A stretch of DNA of 32,000 nucleotides from assembly GCF_000025685.1 (NCBI RefSeq), contig NC_013967.1:30001-62000 (forward strand), given 5' to 3'. Shown one piece after another: positions 22,328 to 31,295 of the stretch. Each line of letters begins with the position of its first letter. Within the stretch, counting starts at the first letter, position 1. The position numbers and the translations under genes are program-made. The notes beneath the pieces were generated by a model. It saw only the letters and a program-made list of their open reading frames with translations. It made no database searches and was not told the DNA's origin. The DNA is from Haloferax volcanii DS2. GTDB taxonomy: Archaea; Halobacteriota; Halobacteria; Halobacteriales; Haloferacaceae.

Positions 22328-24112
22328 TTACGCCTCGACGACCTCGTTGTCGTCGAGCACGTCGTCGAACGAGGCGGTGCCGGCGCGCAGGCCGACGAGC
22401 GTTCCGACGAGGTCGTCGACGGGCAGCCGGACCTGCTTGCCGCTGTCGCGCTCGCGGATAGTGACGGTATCCGCGCCGTCGCCTTCCAGCCCGTCGCGGT
22501 CGATGGTGATGCAGAACGGCGTGCCCACCTCGTCCTGTCGGCGGTAGCGCCGACCGATGCTGCCGGAGTCGTCGTAGACGACCGCGAAGCCGGCCGCGCG
22601 GAGCTCTTCGGCCACGTCGTCCGCGAGGTCGACCAGCCCGTCGACGTTGCTCACGAGCGGGAAGACGCCGACGTTCGTCGGCGCGACCGACGGCGAAAGC
22701 GAGAGGTAGCTCCGCGCCTCGCCGTCGACCTCGTCGGTCTCGTACGCGTGCGCGAGAAGCGTGTACACCGTGCGGTCGATACCGAACGACGGCTCGACCA
22801 CGTGCGGCGTGATGTGCTCGCCCGCTTCGGTCTGCGTCTCGACCGCGAAGTTGGCCACGTCGGTGTCGACGGTGATTTCCTCGCCGTCGACGTCGAGGGT
22901 GACCTCGTCGGCGTCGAAGGCGTCGGGGTCGCGCTCGGCGAGCGTCTCCAGCGCCTCGGCCACGTCGGCGGCCTGCGCGCCGAACTCGGGACCGAGCGTT
23001 GCCATGTCGGGGTCGACGACGGCGCGCTCGACCGTCTTCGGCTCGTCGTACTGCTGGAAGACGGTGAAGTCGTCGTCGCCGTACTCGCCGTGCTTCGAGA
23101 GGTCGTAGTCGCTCCGGTAGGAGAAGCCCGCAATCTCTATCCAGTCGCCGTCGACCTCGCTTTCGGCGTCCCAGCAGTCCGAGGAGTAGTGGGCGCGCTC
23201 GCCCGCGAGGTGCTGGCGGAAGCGGAAGCGGTCCATGTCGACGCCGACCGTCTCGTACCACTCTTGGGCGATGCCGAGGAAGTAGCCGAGCCACGCGTTG
23301 CCGATAATGCCGTCATCGACGGCCTCGCCGATGGTCGTCTCGACGTAGTCGCCGTCGTCGGCCTCCTGCTCGGTCGCGGGGTACAGAAGCACCTCCACGT
23401 CCTCGACCGCCGAAAGGTCGGCCTCGTCGCGCTCGGGGTCGATGAAGTGTTCCAGTTCGGCCTGCGTGAACTCGCGGGTGCGGACGATGCTCTTCCGCGG
23501 CGAAATCTCGTTGCGGTAGGCGCGGCCGACCTGCGTCACGCCGAACGGGAGGCTGTTGCGCGCGTACTCCTTGATGCGCGGGAACTCCACGAAGATGCCC
23601 TGCGCCGTCTCGGGGCGGAGGTAGCCCGGCGTCGACGAGCCGGGGCCGATGTTCGTCTCGAACATGAGGTTGAAGTCCTCGACCGACTGGCCGGCGAGGT
23701 CCGCGCCGCAGGTCGGACAGACGAGGCCGAGGTCGGCGATTTTCTCGGCCGCCGCCTCAGGGGATAGCGTCTCGGCGTCCTCCAGTTCGGAGTTGTCCTC
23801 GATGAGGTGGTCCGCACGGTGGGACTCGCCGCATTCGGCGCACTCGACGAGCATGTCGTCGAAGCCGTCGAGGTGGCCCGACGCCTCGAAGACGGGCTCG
23901 GGCATGATGGTCGGCGCTTCGATTTCGAGGTTGCCCTCCTGGACGGCGAAGCGCTCGCGCCACGCCTCCTCGACGTTGGACTTCAGGGCCGCGCCCTGGG
24001 GGCCGTAGGTGTAGAACCCGCCGACGCCGCCGTAGGCCTCCGAAGAGCCGAAGAAGAAGCCCCGGCGCTTGGCGAGTTCGGTGAGCGCGGCGGACTCGTC
24101 GCCCTCACTCAT
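22328..24112 (-). CDS. glyS: Glycine--tRNA ligase (archaeal/eukaryotic alpha2 type)
   Basis: 594 aa. N-terminal RRGFFFGSSEAYGGVGGFYTYGPQGAALK, class II motifs (GYLRPETAQG, FRNEISPR) and a C-terminal anticodon-binding domain (VAPTNVGVFPL...YDDSGSIGRRYRRQDEVGTPFCITID). Confidence 0.95.
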   Translation of the reverse strand: MSEGDESAALTELAKRRGFFFGSSEAYGGVGGFYTYGPQGAALKSNVEEAWRERFAVQEGNLEIEAPTIMPEPVFEASGHLDGFDDMLVECAECGESHRADHLIEDNSELEDAETLSPEAAAEKIADLGLVCPTCGADLAGQSVEDFNLMFETNIGPGSSTPGYLRPETAQGIFVEFPRIKEYARNSLPFGVTQVGRAYRNEISPRKSIVRTREFTQAELEHFIDPERDEADLSAVEDVEVLLYPATEQEADDGDYVETTIGEAVDDGIIGNAWLGYFLGIAQEWYETVGVDMDRFRFRQHLAGERAHYSSDCWDAESEVDGDWIEIAGFSYRSDYDLSKHGEYGDDDFTVFQQYDEPKTVERAVVDPDMATLGPEFGAQAADVAEALETLAERDPDAFDADEVTLDVDGEEITVDTDVANFAVETQTEAGEHITPHVVEPSFGIDRTVYTLLAHAYETDEVDGEARSYLSLSPSVAPTNVGVFPLVSNVDGLVDLADDVAEELRAAGFAVVYDDSGSIGRRYRRQDEVGTPFCITIDRDGLEGDGADTVTIRERDSGKQVRLPVDDLVGTLVGLRAGTASFDDVLDDNEVVEA

Positions 24113-24959
24113 ACAGCGCCTCCAGCAGGTTGATGTCGCGGACGACGCCGATGAGTTCGTCGCCGGAGACGAGCGGAATCTGCTCGATGTCCTCGCGAAT
24201 CATCGTCTGGGCGGCGTCCTTGGCGGTGGCGCGCGTGGCGACGCTCACGAGGTCGTCGGTCATGAACTTCGACACCGGTTCGGCCGGAATTTCGACGTTT
24301 CGGGTCGGGATGTAGCGATTGCCGACCGCCTTGATGCCCTCCCACATCCACTCGTCGTCCTGATTGGCGACCGAGTCGCCGGTGCCGGCCTCGCCTTCGA
24401 CGACGCGGGCGACCTCGATGATGTCGACTTCGGTCACGATGCCGGCCAGCGAGGCCTCGTCGTCGAGGACGACCGCGTAGGGCACGTTCGCGTAGAATAT
24501 CTCGCGCTCGACGATGTGGAGCGGCACGTCGACGTACGTGGTGTTCACGTCGCGGGCGGCGACGTCACCGACCTCGGTCTCGCCGTCGATGTCGCCGCGG
24601 GCGATGGCCCGGACCACGTCGGTAACGGTGAGGATGCCCTCGATTGCGTCGCCGTCGACGACGGGGATTCGGCGCGCGCCCTCCGAGACCATCGTCGCGG
24701 CCACCGCTTCGAGGTCGTCGTCGGCGCTCGCGGTCGGCACCTCGCGGACGAGCACCGCCAGCTGGTCTTCGTCGGGGTGTTCGATGAGGTCCTCCCGAGA
24801 GATGAGCCCTCGGTACTTCGTCCCCTCGTCGGTCTCTTTCACCACAGGAACAGAAGAGAACCCACGCTCTTGGAGGTATTCCAGCACGTCGTCGCGCGTG
24901 CCCGGCAGGGACACCGTCACGACCTCCTCACCGCGGGTCATCGCGTCGGCTACTTTCAT
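24105..24959 (-). CDS. CBS-domain protein (four CBS motifs, two Bateman modules)
   Basis: 284 aa with repeated CBS motifs (VSLPGTRDDVLEYLQERGFSSVPVV; ...RRIPVVDGD.IEGILTVTDVVRAI; ...ASLAGIVTEVDII; ...EQIPLVSGDELIGVVRDINLL). The stop overlaps the glyS start by 8 nt. Confidence 0.85.
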   Translation of the reverse strand: MKVADAMTRGEEVVTVSLPGTRDDVLEYLQERGFSSVPVVKETDEGTKYRGLISREDLIEHPDEDQLAVLVREVPTASADDDLEAVAATMVSEGARRIPVVDGDAIEGILTVTDVVRAIARGDIDGETEVGDVAARDVNTTYVDVPLHIVEREIFYANVPYAVVLDDEASLAGIVTEVDIIEVARVVEGEAGTGDSVANQDDEWMWEGIKAVGNRYIPTRNVEIPAEPVSKFMTDDLVSVATRATAKDAAQTMIREDIEQIPLVSGDELIGVVRDINLLEALYE

Positions 24960-24982
24960 ACACCCGCTTTCTTCCCCCCGCC

Positions 24983-24989
24983 TAATGTA
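24983..24989 (-). promoter_or_regulatory. TATA-like box (TACATTA on the minus strand) for the CBS-glyS operon
   Basis: Lies 23 nt upstream of ATG 24959. Confidence 0.35.
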
Positions 24990-25091
24990 CTCTGCGAACG
25001 CTTTCGCCTCGCTGACAGGCGTCCGCCGCCGCTCGCGAGGGTCGGAGGACAGACGATGCGCACGCGGCGCAGAAGCGGAACGGTCCTCGGC

Positions 25092-25670
25092 TCAGTTCTC
25101 GTCGCCTTCGCCCTCGCCGTCGCTGTTCGGCGCGTACCGCCGAATCGCGTCGAGGTTGGGGAAGAACTTCTCGGGGTCGTCGTGTTCGACGACGCCGACG
25201 ACGGTGCCGTCGAGCTTCTGGAGGTAGGAGTACATCCGCCCCTCCTCGACGGCGACGGTCGCACACTCGAGCGCCTCGCGGAGGTCCCACGCGCCCGCGA
25301 TGAAGACCGCGGTCTCGGTCTCCGGCGAGAACAGCGCCGTCACGATGTAGACGCGGCCGTCGTTCTCCGCGCGGTACACCTCGTACTCGGGGAACGAGGT
25401 CGCTTCGAACAGGTCGGCGACGGTCTCGGCCTTGTCGCCGGGGATGACGTACGCGAAGCCGAACGCCCCCTCGCCGCCTTTGCCGCTGGAGGGGCCGAAC
25501 GGGCCGCTGTCACCCGCCGGGATTCGGACCGTCTCCCACCCCTCGTCCTCGAACTCGTCGGCCATCGCTGTCATGTCGTCGAGCGTCGCGCCCCACGCCT
25601 CGCGGCGACGGTCCGCATCGCTCGCGATCCGTTCGGCCTCGGGCGTCTCGTCGTCTCCGAGCTCGGCCAT
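25092..25670 (-). CDS. Hypothetical acidic cytoplasmic protein, no family recognised
   Basis: 192 aa. Strongly acidic with high GC3 and halophile-type composition. A TATA-like CTTTTA (25695..25700) lies 24 nt upstream of the ATG. No catalytic motif recognised. Confidence 0.6.
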   Translation of the reverse strand: MAELGDDETPEAERIASDADRRREAWGATLDDMTAMADEFEDEGWETVRIPAGDSGPFGPSSGKGGEGAFGFAYVIPGDKAETVADLFEATSFPEYEVYRAENDGRVYIVTALFSPETETAVFIAGAWDLREALECATVAVEEGRMYSYLQKLDGTVVGVVEHDDPEKFFPNLDAIRRYAPNSDGEGEGDEN

Positions 25671-25711
25671 ACCCGTTCTGGACGACGTATATGGTAAAAG
25701 GCATCGAAGGT

Positions 25712-25727
25712 CACGGGTGGTCCCGTG
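25712..25727 (-). terminator. Hairpin (CACGGG-TGGT-CCCGTG) followed by a T4 tract; candidate terminator of the dpp operon
   Basis: 6-bp GC stem starting 4 nt after the stop of the 25732..26178 gene. On the mRNA strand it is followed by TTCGATGCCTTTTACC. Confidence 0.4.
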
Positions 25728-25731
25728 CCGG

Positions 25732-26178
25732 TCAGTAGTTGAGTTCGAAGACGACTTCCATCGCGTACGAAGTCGCGAGGATACAGACCGACGCGAGGAG
25801 GAGCTTCACCCCGCTCGACGGCCGCTCGTCGCTGTTCGCCGGTCGCAGTCGCGGCGGGAGTATCGCGTCGAGCGCGTCCCCGACGAGCTTTTCGACGCCG
25901 ACCGGTTCGTCGCTCCCCGAGAACAGGCCGCCGTCGCTGCCGCCGTCACCGTCGTTTCCGTCCCCGTGTTTCCACGCCGCCTTCGGGCGGACTTTGAGCG
26001 ACGCGTAGCCGAACATGGCGAACCCGAGAAAGAACATGAGCCACTTCGCGCCGGGCAGTCCGTTGCCGGCGAGCGTGCTCACGACGGCGGTCACGACGAA
26101 CACCACGCCGGTGAGGGAGACGGCGTAGACCACGGCGTCGATGGCCTTGACGCCGAATCGGCGTGGGTCGAACTCCAT
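25732..26178 (-). CDS. Hypothetical membrane protein (about 3 TM helices) encoded directly after dppF
   Basis: 148 aa. Two N-terminal TM helices, a G/D-rich loop (GDGNDGDGGSDGG) and a C-terminal TM helix. The start lies 2 nt after the dppF stop, implying co-transcription. Confidence 0.55.
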   Translation of the reverse strand: MEFDPRRFGVKAIDAVVYAVSLTGVVFVVTAVVSTLAGNGLPGAKWLMFFLGFAMFGYASLKVRPKAAWKHGDGNDGDGGSDGGLFSGSDEPVGVEKLVGDALDAILPPRLRPANSDERPSSGVKLLLASVCILATSYAMEVVFELNY

Positions 26179-26180
26179 GG

Positions 26181-27515
26181 CTATTGGACGAGCGTCTCGA
26201 AGACGGTCGCCGGCTCCTCGTACTCGGCCTCGTGGCGGTGACAGAGGCTCAGTCGCCCCCGGTTGCCGACCGCGAGCTGTTCGGGTCGCTCGTGGTCACA
26301 GACGCTGCCGAACTCCTCGTGGAGGTAGGTCCGTGCGGCGTCCTCGTCGTCGTTTTCGGCGTAGTCGGCGGCCTCGTGGATGTGGTTCATCACGTCCGAG
26401 GGCGCGTCGAAGTCGCCGAACAGTTCGGGGATGATTTCGTCCATCCCGGCGCGGTGGCTCTCGCGGCCGAGCAGTTTCCGGACGCGGTCGCTCAACGAGG
26501 GGTCGGCGCGCGAGCGCTCCCGCAGAACTTCGCGGAAGACCTCGATGCGCTCCCAGAGCTCTGGGTCCATGTCTCTGTACGCCTCCGGGCGAATCTTCAC
26601 CGGACAGCGCGTCGAGAACGGACAGCCCGCCGGCGGGTCGCGCGGGCTCGGCGGCGTCCCGCGGAGGGTGATGCGGTCGCGCTCGATAGTCGGATCCGGC
26701 TCCGGAATCGACGACAACAGCGCGTGCGTGTACGGGTTCGCCGGTTGGTCGAACATCTCGTCCGCCGGTCCGATTTCCATCATGTTGCCGAGGTACATCA
26801 CGGCGACGCGGTCGCAGATGTGGCGGACGACCGCGAGGTCGTGGGCGATAAACAGGTACGTCAGCCCGAACTCGTTTTGCAGGTCTTCGAGCAGGTTGAG
26901 AATCTTCGCCTGCACGGACACGTCGAGCGCCGACACCGGCTCGTCGAGGATGATGAACTCCGGTTCGAGCGCGAGTGCGCGGGCGATGCCGATGCGCTGG
27001 CGCTGGCCGCCGGAGAACTGGTGCGGGTAGCGGTAGTAGTGTTGTTCCTGCAGGCCGACGGTTTCGAGCAGTTCGCGGACGCGCTCGCGGCGCTCCGACG
27101 GCGTCTTCCAGTCGTGCACGTCGAGCGGCTCGCGGACGATTTCGCCCACGGTCATCCGCTCGTTGAGGCTCGAATCGGGGTCCTGGAACACCATCTGTAC
27201 GTCCTTGCGGAACTGCTTGAGGTCCGAGCCGGACAGCGTGGTGATGTCCGTGCCGTTGAGTTTGACCTCGCCCGCGGTGGCCTCTTCGAGGCGCATCAAC
27301 GTGCGCCCGAGCGTGGACTTCCCGCAGCCGGACTCACCGACGAGTCCGAGCGTCTCGCCGCGCTGGATGTCGAACGAGACGCCGTCGACCGCTTTCACGG
27401 GGTTGCTGCCGAGGAAGCCGCCGTCCTCGTAGTAGGTTTTGAGATCGTTGACTTCGAGGATGGTGTCTCCGCGCGCCTCGGTGCTTCGCTCTTCTTCAGT
27501 GGATGTCGTACTCAT
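26181..27515 (-). CDS. dppF: Peptide (Dpp/Opp-type) ABC transporter ATP-binding protein with an extended C-terminus
   Basis: 444 aa. Walker [10 protein letters not shown], signature FSGGQRQR, Walker [12 protein letters not shown], and an oligopeptide C-terminal region ([11 protein letters not shown]...GCPFSTRCP). About 100 extra residues precede the final Cys pair. Dpp versus Opp cannot be decided from sequence alone. Confidence 0.9.
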   Translation of the reverse strand: MSTTSTEEERSTEARGDTILEVNDLKTYYEDGGFLGSNPVKAVDGVSFDIQRGETLGLVGESGCGKSTLGRTLMRLEEATAGEVKLNGTDITTLSGSDLKQFRKDVQMVFQDPDSSLNERMTVGEIVREPLDVHDWKTPSERRERVRELLETVGLQEQHYYRYPHQFSGGQRQRIGIARALALEPEFIILDEPVSALDVSVQAKILNLLEDLQNEFGLTYLFIAHDLAVVRHICDRVAVMYLGNMMEIGPADEMFDQPANPYTHALLSSIPEPDPTIERDRITLRGTPPSPRDPPAGCPFSTRCPVKIRPEAYRDMDPELWERIEVFREVLRERSRADPSLSDRVRKLLGRESHRAGMDEIIPELFGDFDAPSDVMNHIHEAADYAENDDEDAARTYLHEEFGSVCDHERPEQLAVGNRGRLSLCHRHEAEYEEPATVFETLVQ

Positions 27516-28591
27516 CGCGTGTCACCTCCGCGCTGTCCGCCCTCGCGGTGGACGGCGACCGCCTCCTCCGTGGGAAGGTCGTCGGGGTACAGCAGGCACG
27601 ACGCGCGGTGTCGGCCCGTGCCGTCCCCGACTTCGACGGGCTCTGGGTGGACCGTGTCGCACTCGGTGAACGCCTTCGGGCACCGGGGGGCGAACCGACA
27701 GTACGTCGGGTCCTCGTTCGGTGTCGGCACGTCGCCCTCGATGGTCGCGAGGCGTTCGTCTTCGTCGAGCCCCTGTCCGGGAATGGAGTTGAGAAGCCCC
27801 TGCGTGTAGGGGTGTTTCGGCGACTCGAACAGTTCGACGACGGGTGCGCTCTCGACGATTTCGCCCGCGTACATCACGTTGACGCGGTCCGCTATTTCGG
27901 CGATGACGCCCATGTCGTGGGTGATGAACATGATGCCGAGGTCGCGTTCCTCTTGGAGCTCTTCGAGGAGTTCCAGAATCTGCGCCTGGATGGTCACGTC
28001 GAGCGCCGTCGTCGGCTCGTCGCAGATGAGCAGTTCGGGGTCGCACGCGAGCGCCATCGCGATGACGGCGCGCTGGCGCATCCCGCCGGAGAACTGGTGG
28101 GGGTACTCGCGAACGCGGCGGTGCGCGTCCGGAATCCCGACCGCTTCGAGCAGTTCGATGGCCTCTTTCGTCGCCTTCGACCCGCTCAGTCCGCGGTGGA
28201 GGCGAAGCGCCTCCTTAATCTGGTTGCCGACGGTGTAGACGGGGTTCAGACTCGTCAGCGGGTCCTGGAACACCATCGCGATGCTGCCGCCGCGGATGGA
28301 GCGCATCTGCTTTGCCGACTTGTCGAGGAGGTCCTCGCCGTCGTACATGATGCGGCCGTTCTCGATGCGGCCGGGCTTTTCGACCAGCCGCATGATGGAG
28401 CGGGCCGTGACAGACTTGCCCGACCCGGACTCGCCGACGATACCCACGGTCTCGCCGCGGAAGATGTCGAACGAGATGCCGTCGACCGCGCGGATGACCT
28501 CCTTGTCGGTGTAGAACGACGTTCGGAGGTTCTCGACGGAGAGCAGCGGCTCACCCTCGGTGCGGGCCGAGCGCGCCTGTTCGGTGCTCAT
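27512..28591 (-). CDS. dppD: Peptide (Dpp/Opp-type) ABC transporter ATP-binding protein
   Basis: 359 aa. Walker A GESGSGKS, signature FSGGMRQR, Walker [12 protein letters not shown], and C-terminal [12 protein letters not shown]...[15 protein letters not shown]...HRASC. ATGA overlaps occur at both ends. Confidence 0.92.
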   Translation of the reverse strand: MSTEQARSARTEGEPLLSVENLRTSFYTDKEVIRAVDGISFDIFRGETVGIVGESGSGKSVTARSIMRLVEKPGRIENGRIMYDGEDLLDKSAKQMRSIRGGSIAMVFQDPLTSLNPVYTVGNQIKEALRLHRGLSGSKATKEAIELLEAVGIPDAHRRVREYPHQFSGGMRQRAVIAMALACDPELLICDEPTTALDVTIQAQILELLEELQEERDLGIMFITHDMGVIAEIADRVNVMYAGEIVESAPVVELFESPKHPYTQGLLNSIPGQGLDEDERLATIEGDVPTPNEDPTYCRFAPRCPKAFTECDTVHPEPVEVGDGTGRHRASCLLYPDDLPTEEAVAVHREGGQRGGDTR

Positions 28592-30027
28592 GCGCCACCT
28601 CCGGTGGCCGCGGCCTCGTCACCGGTGTCCGCCTGCGGGTCAATGGCGTCGCGGATGCCGTCGCCGAAGGCGTTCAGGCCGGTCACGACGAGCGTGATGA
28701 GGAGGCCGGGAAGCAGCGAGATGTGCCACGAGGGGCTCGCGACGTACTGCTGTCCGTTCGCGATGAGCCGGCCCCACTCGGGGGTCGGCGCGGTGATACC
28801 GAGCCCGAGGTAGGAGAGCCCGGCGACGCTGATGATGATACCACCGAGACTGAGCGAGGCGTAGATGAGCATGTAGCTGAACACGTAGGGGGCCATGTGC
28901 TTGCGCATGACCTGCGACGGCGACTGACCGAACGACTTCGCGGCGTCAATCCAGTCCTGCTCGGAGACCTGGAGTGCTGGCCCACGTATCGACCGCCAGA
29001 TGAACGGCCAGTAGACGATACTGAAGATGAGGATGATGAGCACCGCGCCGTCGTACAACTCCCTCACCCAGGTGTTCTGGAAGATGACGAGCATCAAGAT
29101 GAGGACCATGATGACCGGCAACGCCTGTATCGAGTCGGAGACTAACACCGTTGCCAAGTCTGCCAGCCCCTTGTAGTACGCCGTTATCATGGCCAAGCCG
29201 AGTCCGATGAGGCCGGCGATACCCATGGCGACGACGGCGATGGTCAGGGATATCCTGGCCCCGAACACCACCTGTGTGAACAAGTCCTTCCCGTTTGTCG
29301 CCGTGCCGAACGGATGGAATCTACCGAAGTCGTCGTACGTCAGCGGCGCGACGTTCTCGTCACCCGCTCCCTGCGACCCGGAGCCGAGGTTGGCCTCGCC
29401 GACGAGGACGGTCTCGACGCTCTGGGTGTCTTCGCTCCAGTAGCTGACCTCGTAGTCGTACGGCTGGAGGATGTTCCGCTCCATCGTGGTCGGACCGAGC
29501 GCGGGCGCGAATACCGCCATGACCACAAACGTGATGACGATAATGAGCCCGAACTTGCCCCAGGAGTGACCCCGGAAGCGGTTGACCACGTCGTCCCGCG
29601 GCGTCCAGTCGACGCGGCGGTAGTGGCGGCGGAACCGCTTATAGCCGTTCCACGCCCACGCCAGCACCGCGAAGGCGTACGCGTAGACGACCGCGACGCG
29701 GATGGCCCACGCGACCGCGGGCGAGAGCCCGAGGAACGTGTTCTCGTAGCTCGTGCCGTCCCAGTAGCCCTGGTTCGGAATCACGTCGCGGGAGACGAGC
29801 GTCGGAATCGCGTCGAACGCCGCCTGCAGCGACTGGACGGCGGACGCGCCCGGGTCACCGGGAAGGAGGTTGACGACCACGCCGGCGACGGCGCCGACGA
29901 CTTGGAGGATAGCGCCCAGCTCGGCGCCGATGAGGACTGCACCGACGGCGGCCCAAATCAGCGCGGGCTGGGGGTTCTCAGCGACTCGTTGTCGGAGCGG
30001 TATTTCGGTTTCGGTTGTCGTGCTCAC
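28588..30027 (-). CDS. dppC: Peptide ABC transporter permease (DppC/OppC type) with an N-terminal extension
   Basis: 479 aa. EAA-loop region IDAAKSFGQSPSQVMRKHMAPYV and the OppC_N-like segment WGKFGLIIVITFVVMAVFAPAL. About 150 extra N-terminal residues carry two additional hydrophobic helices. Confidence 0.9.
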   Translation of the reverse strand: MSTTTETEIPLRQRVAENPQPALIWAAVGAVLIGAELGAILQVVGAVAGVVVNLLPGDPGASAVQSLQAAFDAIPTLVSRDVIPNQGYWDGTSYENTFLGLSPAVAWAIRVAVVYAYAFAVLAWAWNGYKRFRRHYRRVDWTPRDDVVNRFRGHSWGKFGLIIVITFVVMAVFAPALGPTTMERNILQPYDYEVSYWSEDTQSVETVLVGEANLGSGSQGAGDENVAPLTYDDFGRFHPFGTATNGKDLFTQVVFGARISLTIAVVAMGIAGLIGLGLAMITAYYKGLADLATVLVSDSIQALPVIMVLILMLVIFQNTWVRELYDGAVLIILIFSIVYWPFIWRSIRGPALQVSEQDWIDAAKSFGQSPSQVMRKHMAPYVFSYMLIYASLSLGGIIISVAGLSYLGLGITAPTPEWGRLIANGQQYVASPSWHISLLPGLLITLVVTGLNAFGDGIRDAIDPQADTGDEAAATGGGA

Positions 30028-30033
30028 TGTGGT

Positions 30034-31083
30034 TCACCCGTCGTACCCGACGCGCGGGTCGATAATCGTGTACAGGAAGTCCTGTAGGATGTTCGTGCCG
30101 ACCAGGATGAGGATGAAGATAAACATCAGCGTCCCGATGAGCGGCAGGTCCCCGTTGATGGCTGCGTTGAAGAACAGCCAGCCGAGGCCGTTAATGGCGA
30201 AGACCGTCTCGACGAACACGGACCCGCCGAGAAGCAGGAACGCCTCGCCCGTGATGATGGGCACGAGCGGGATGAGCGCGTTCCGGAAGATGTGCTTCCA
30301 GACGAGCGAGCGCCCGGAGACGCCCTTCGCGCGGGCGGTCTCGACGTAGTTCGAGTTGATGGTCTCGAGGACGGCGGTGCGGCCGATGCGCATCTCGTTC
30401 CCCATCGACGCCGACCCGAGGACCAGCGCGGCCGGGGCGATCTGCTTCGTCGCCCGGACGAACGACTCGGTCCACCCGCCGGGGTCTTCGAGGAACTGTT
30501 CGACCGGCGACTGGAAGAAGTCGAGCGCGGGCGGCGTCACGACGTTCGTCCTGACGATCCACGTCTGCCACGCGAACAGGCCGTTGGTCCACGTCCCGAG
30601 CTGCGAGAGGGCCGTGACGAGCATGATGGCCAGCCAGAAGTTCGGCATCGCGCGCCAGACGATTCCGCCGAAGGAGGCGGCGTAGTCGGAGGGCGTGTTC
30701 GGGTTCAGCCCGGCGTAGAAACCGAGCGGAATCCCGACGAACAGCGCGATGACGACCGACCAGAAGCCGAGCCAAATCGTCCGGGGCGCGTAGATTTCGA
30801 TGAGCTCGTACGCGGTCGTCCCGGGTGCGATGACCCACGACTGGCCGAGTTGGAAGGTGAACAACCGATACATGAAGTCGAGGTACTGACTCCAGAGCGG
30901 CTGGTTCAACCCGAGGTTCGTCCGAATCTGTTCTGCCGCCTGTGGGTTGTATTGCGTCCCCAGAATCGCCGAAACGGGGTCGAGTGGCCCCAGGCGGATG
31001 AGGGCAAACGTAATCGTCGTCCCGAAGATGACGACAGGAATCGACATCAGTACCCTGCGGAGGAAGTACTGCCATCGACTCAT
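30034..31083 (-). CDS. dppB: Peptide ABC transporter permease (DppB/OppB type)
   Basis: 349 aa. Typical N-terminus FLRRVLMSIPVVIFGTTITFALIRLGP and EAA loop ETARAKGVSGRSLVWKHIFRNALIP. Confidence 0.92.
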   Translation of the reverse strand: MSRWQYFLRRVLMSIPVVIFGTTITFALIRLGPLDPVSAILGTQYNPQAAEQIRTNLGLNQPLWSQYLDFMYRLFTFQLGQSWVIAPGTTAYELIEIYAPRTIWLGFWSVVIALFVGIPLGFYAGLNPNTPSDYAASFGGIVWRAMPNFWLAIMLVTALSQLGTWTNGLFAWQTWIVRTNVVTPPALDFFQSPVEQFLEDPGGWTESFVRATKQIAPAALVLGSASMGNEMRIGRTAVLETINSNYVETARAKGVSGRSLVWKHIFRNALIPLVPIITGEAFLLLGGSVFVETVFAINGLGWLFFNAAINGDLPLIGTLMFIFILILVGTNILQDFLYTIIDPRVGYDG

Positions 31084-31261
31084 GGCATCACCTCGCAGAC
31101 CGTTCGAGCGGACATTGTTGTAAGCTTTTACTGAGTGGTATGGATATGTCTTGCGCTTTGAGGTCCAAATATCGCAGTTTCAGCAACTCTGCTGCCAGTT
31201 TATTTCATATAGTGGCCACTAATTGTACGCTTGTCAAAAATATCTGGCCGTTTCGATTGAG

Positions 31262-31284
31262 ACGGGACGCGAAAGCGTTCCCGT
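31262..31284 (-). terminator. Tetraloop hairpin 12 nt after the dppA stop (GAAA loop on the plus strand, UUUC on the mRNA), with a T5 tract downstream (31236..31240); candidate intercistronic attenuator or stabiliser
   Basis: Plus strand ACGGGACGC-GAAA-GCGTTCCCGT: 9 bp with one bulged T. On the mRNA strand ATATTTTTG follows about 20 nt later. Confidence 0.4.
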
Positions 31285-31295
31285 GTTCCTCGGTT

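Noticed and set aside
21674-23767. 697-aa plus-strand ORF, with similar long ORFs at 17920..19557, 24069..25697, 26163..27809 and 27503..28813
   Set aside because: All are antisense to genes with strong family signatures (glyS, argG/argH, CBS, dppF/dppD). All have R/G/V/D-rich low-information translations.
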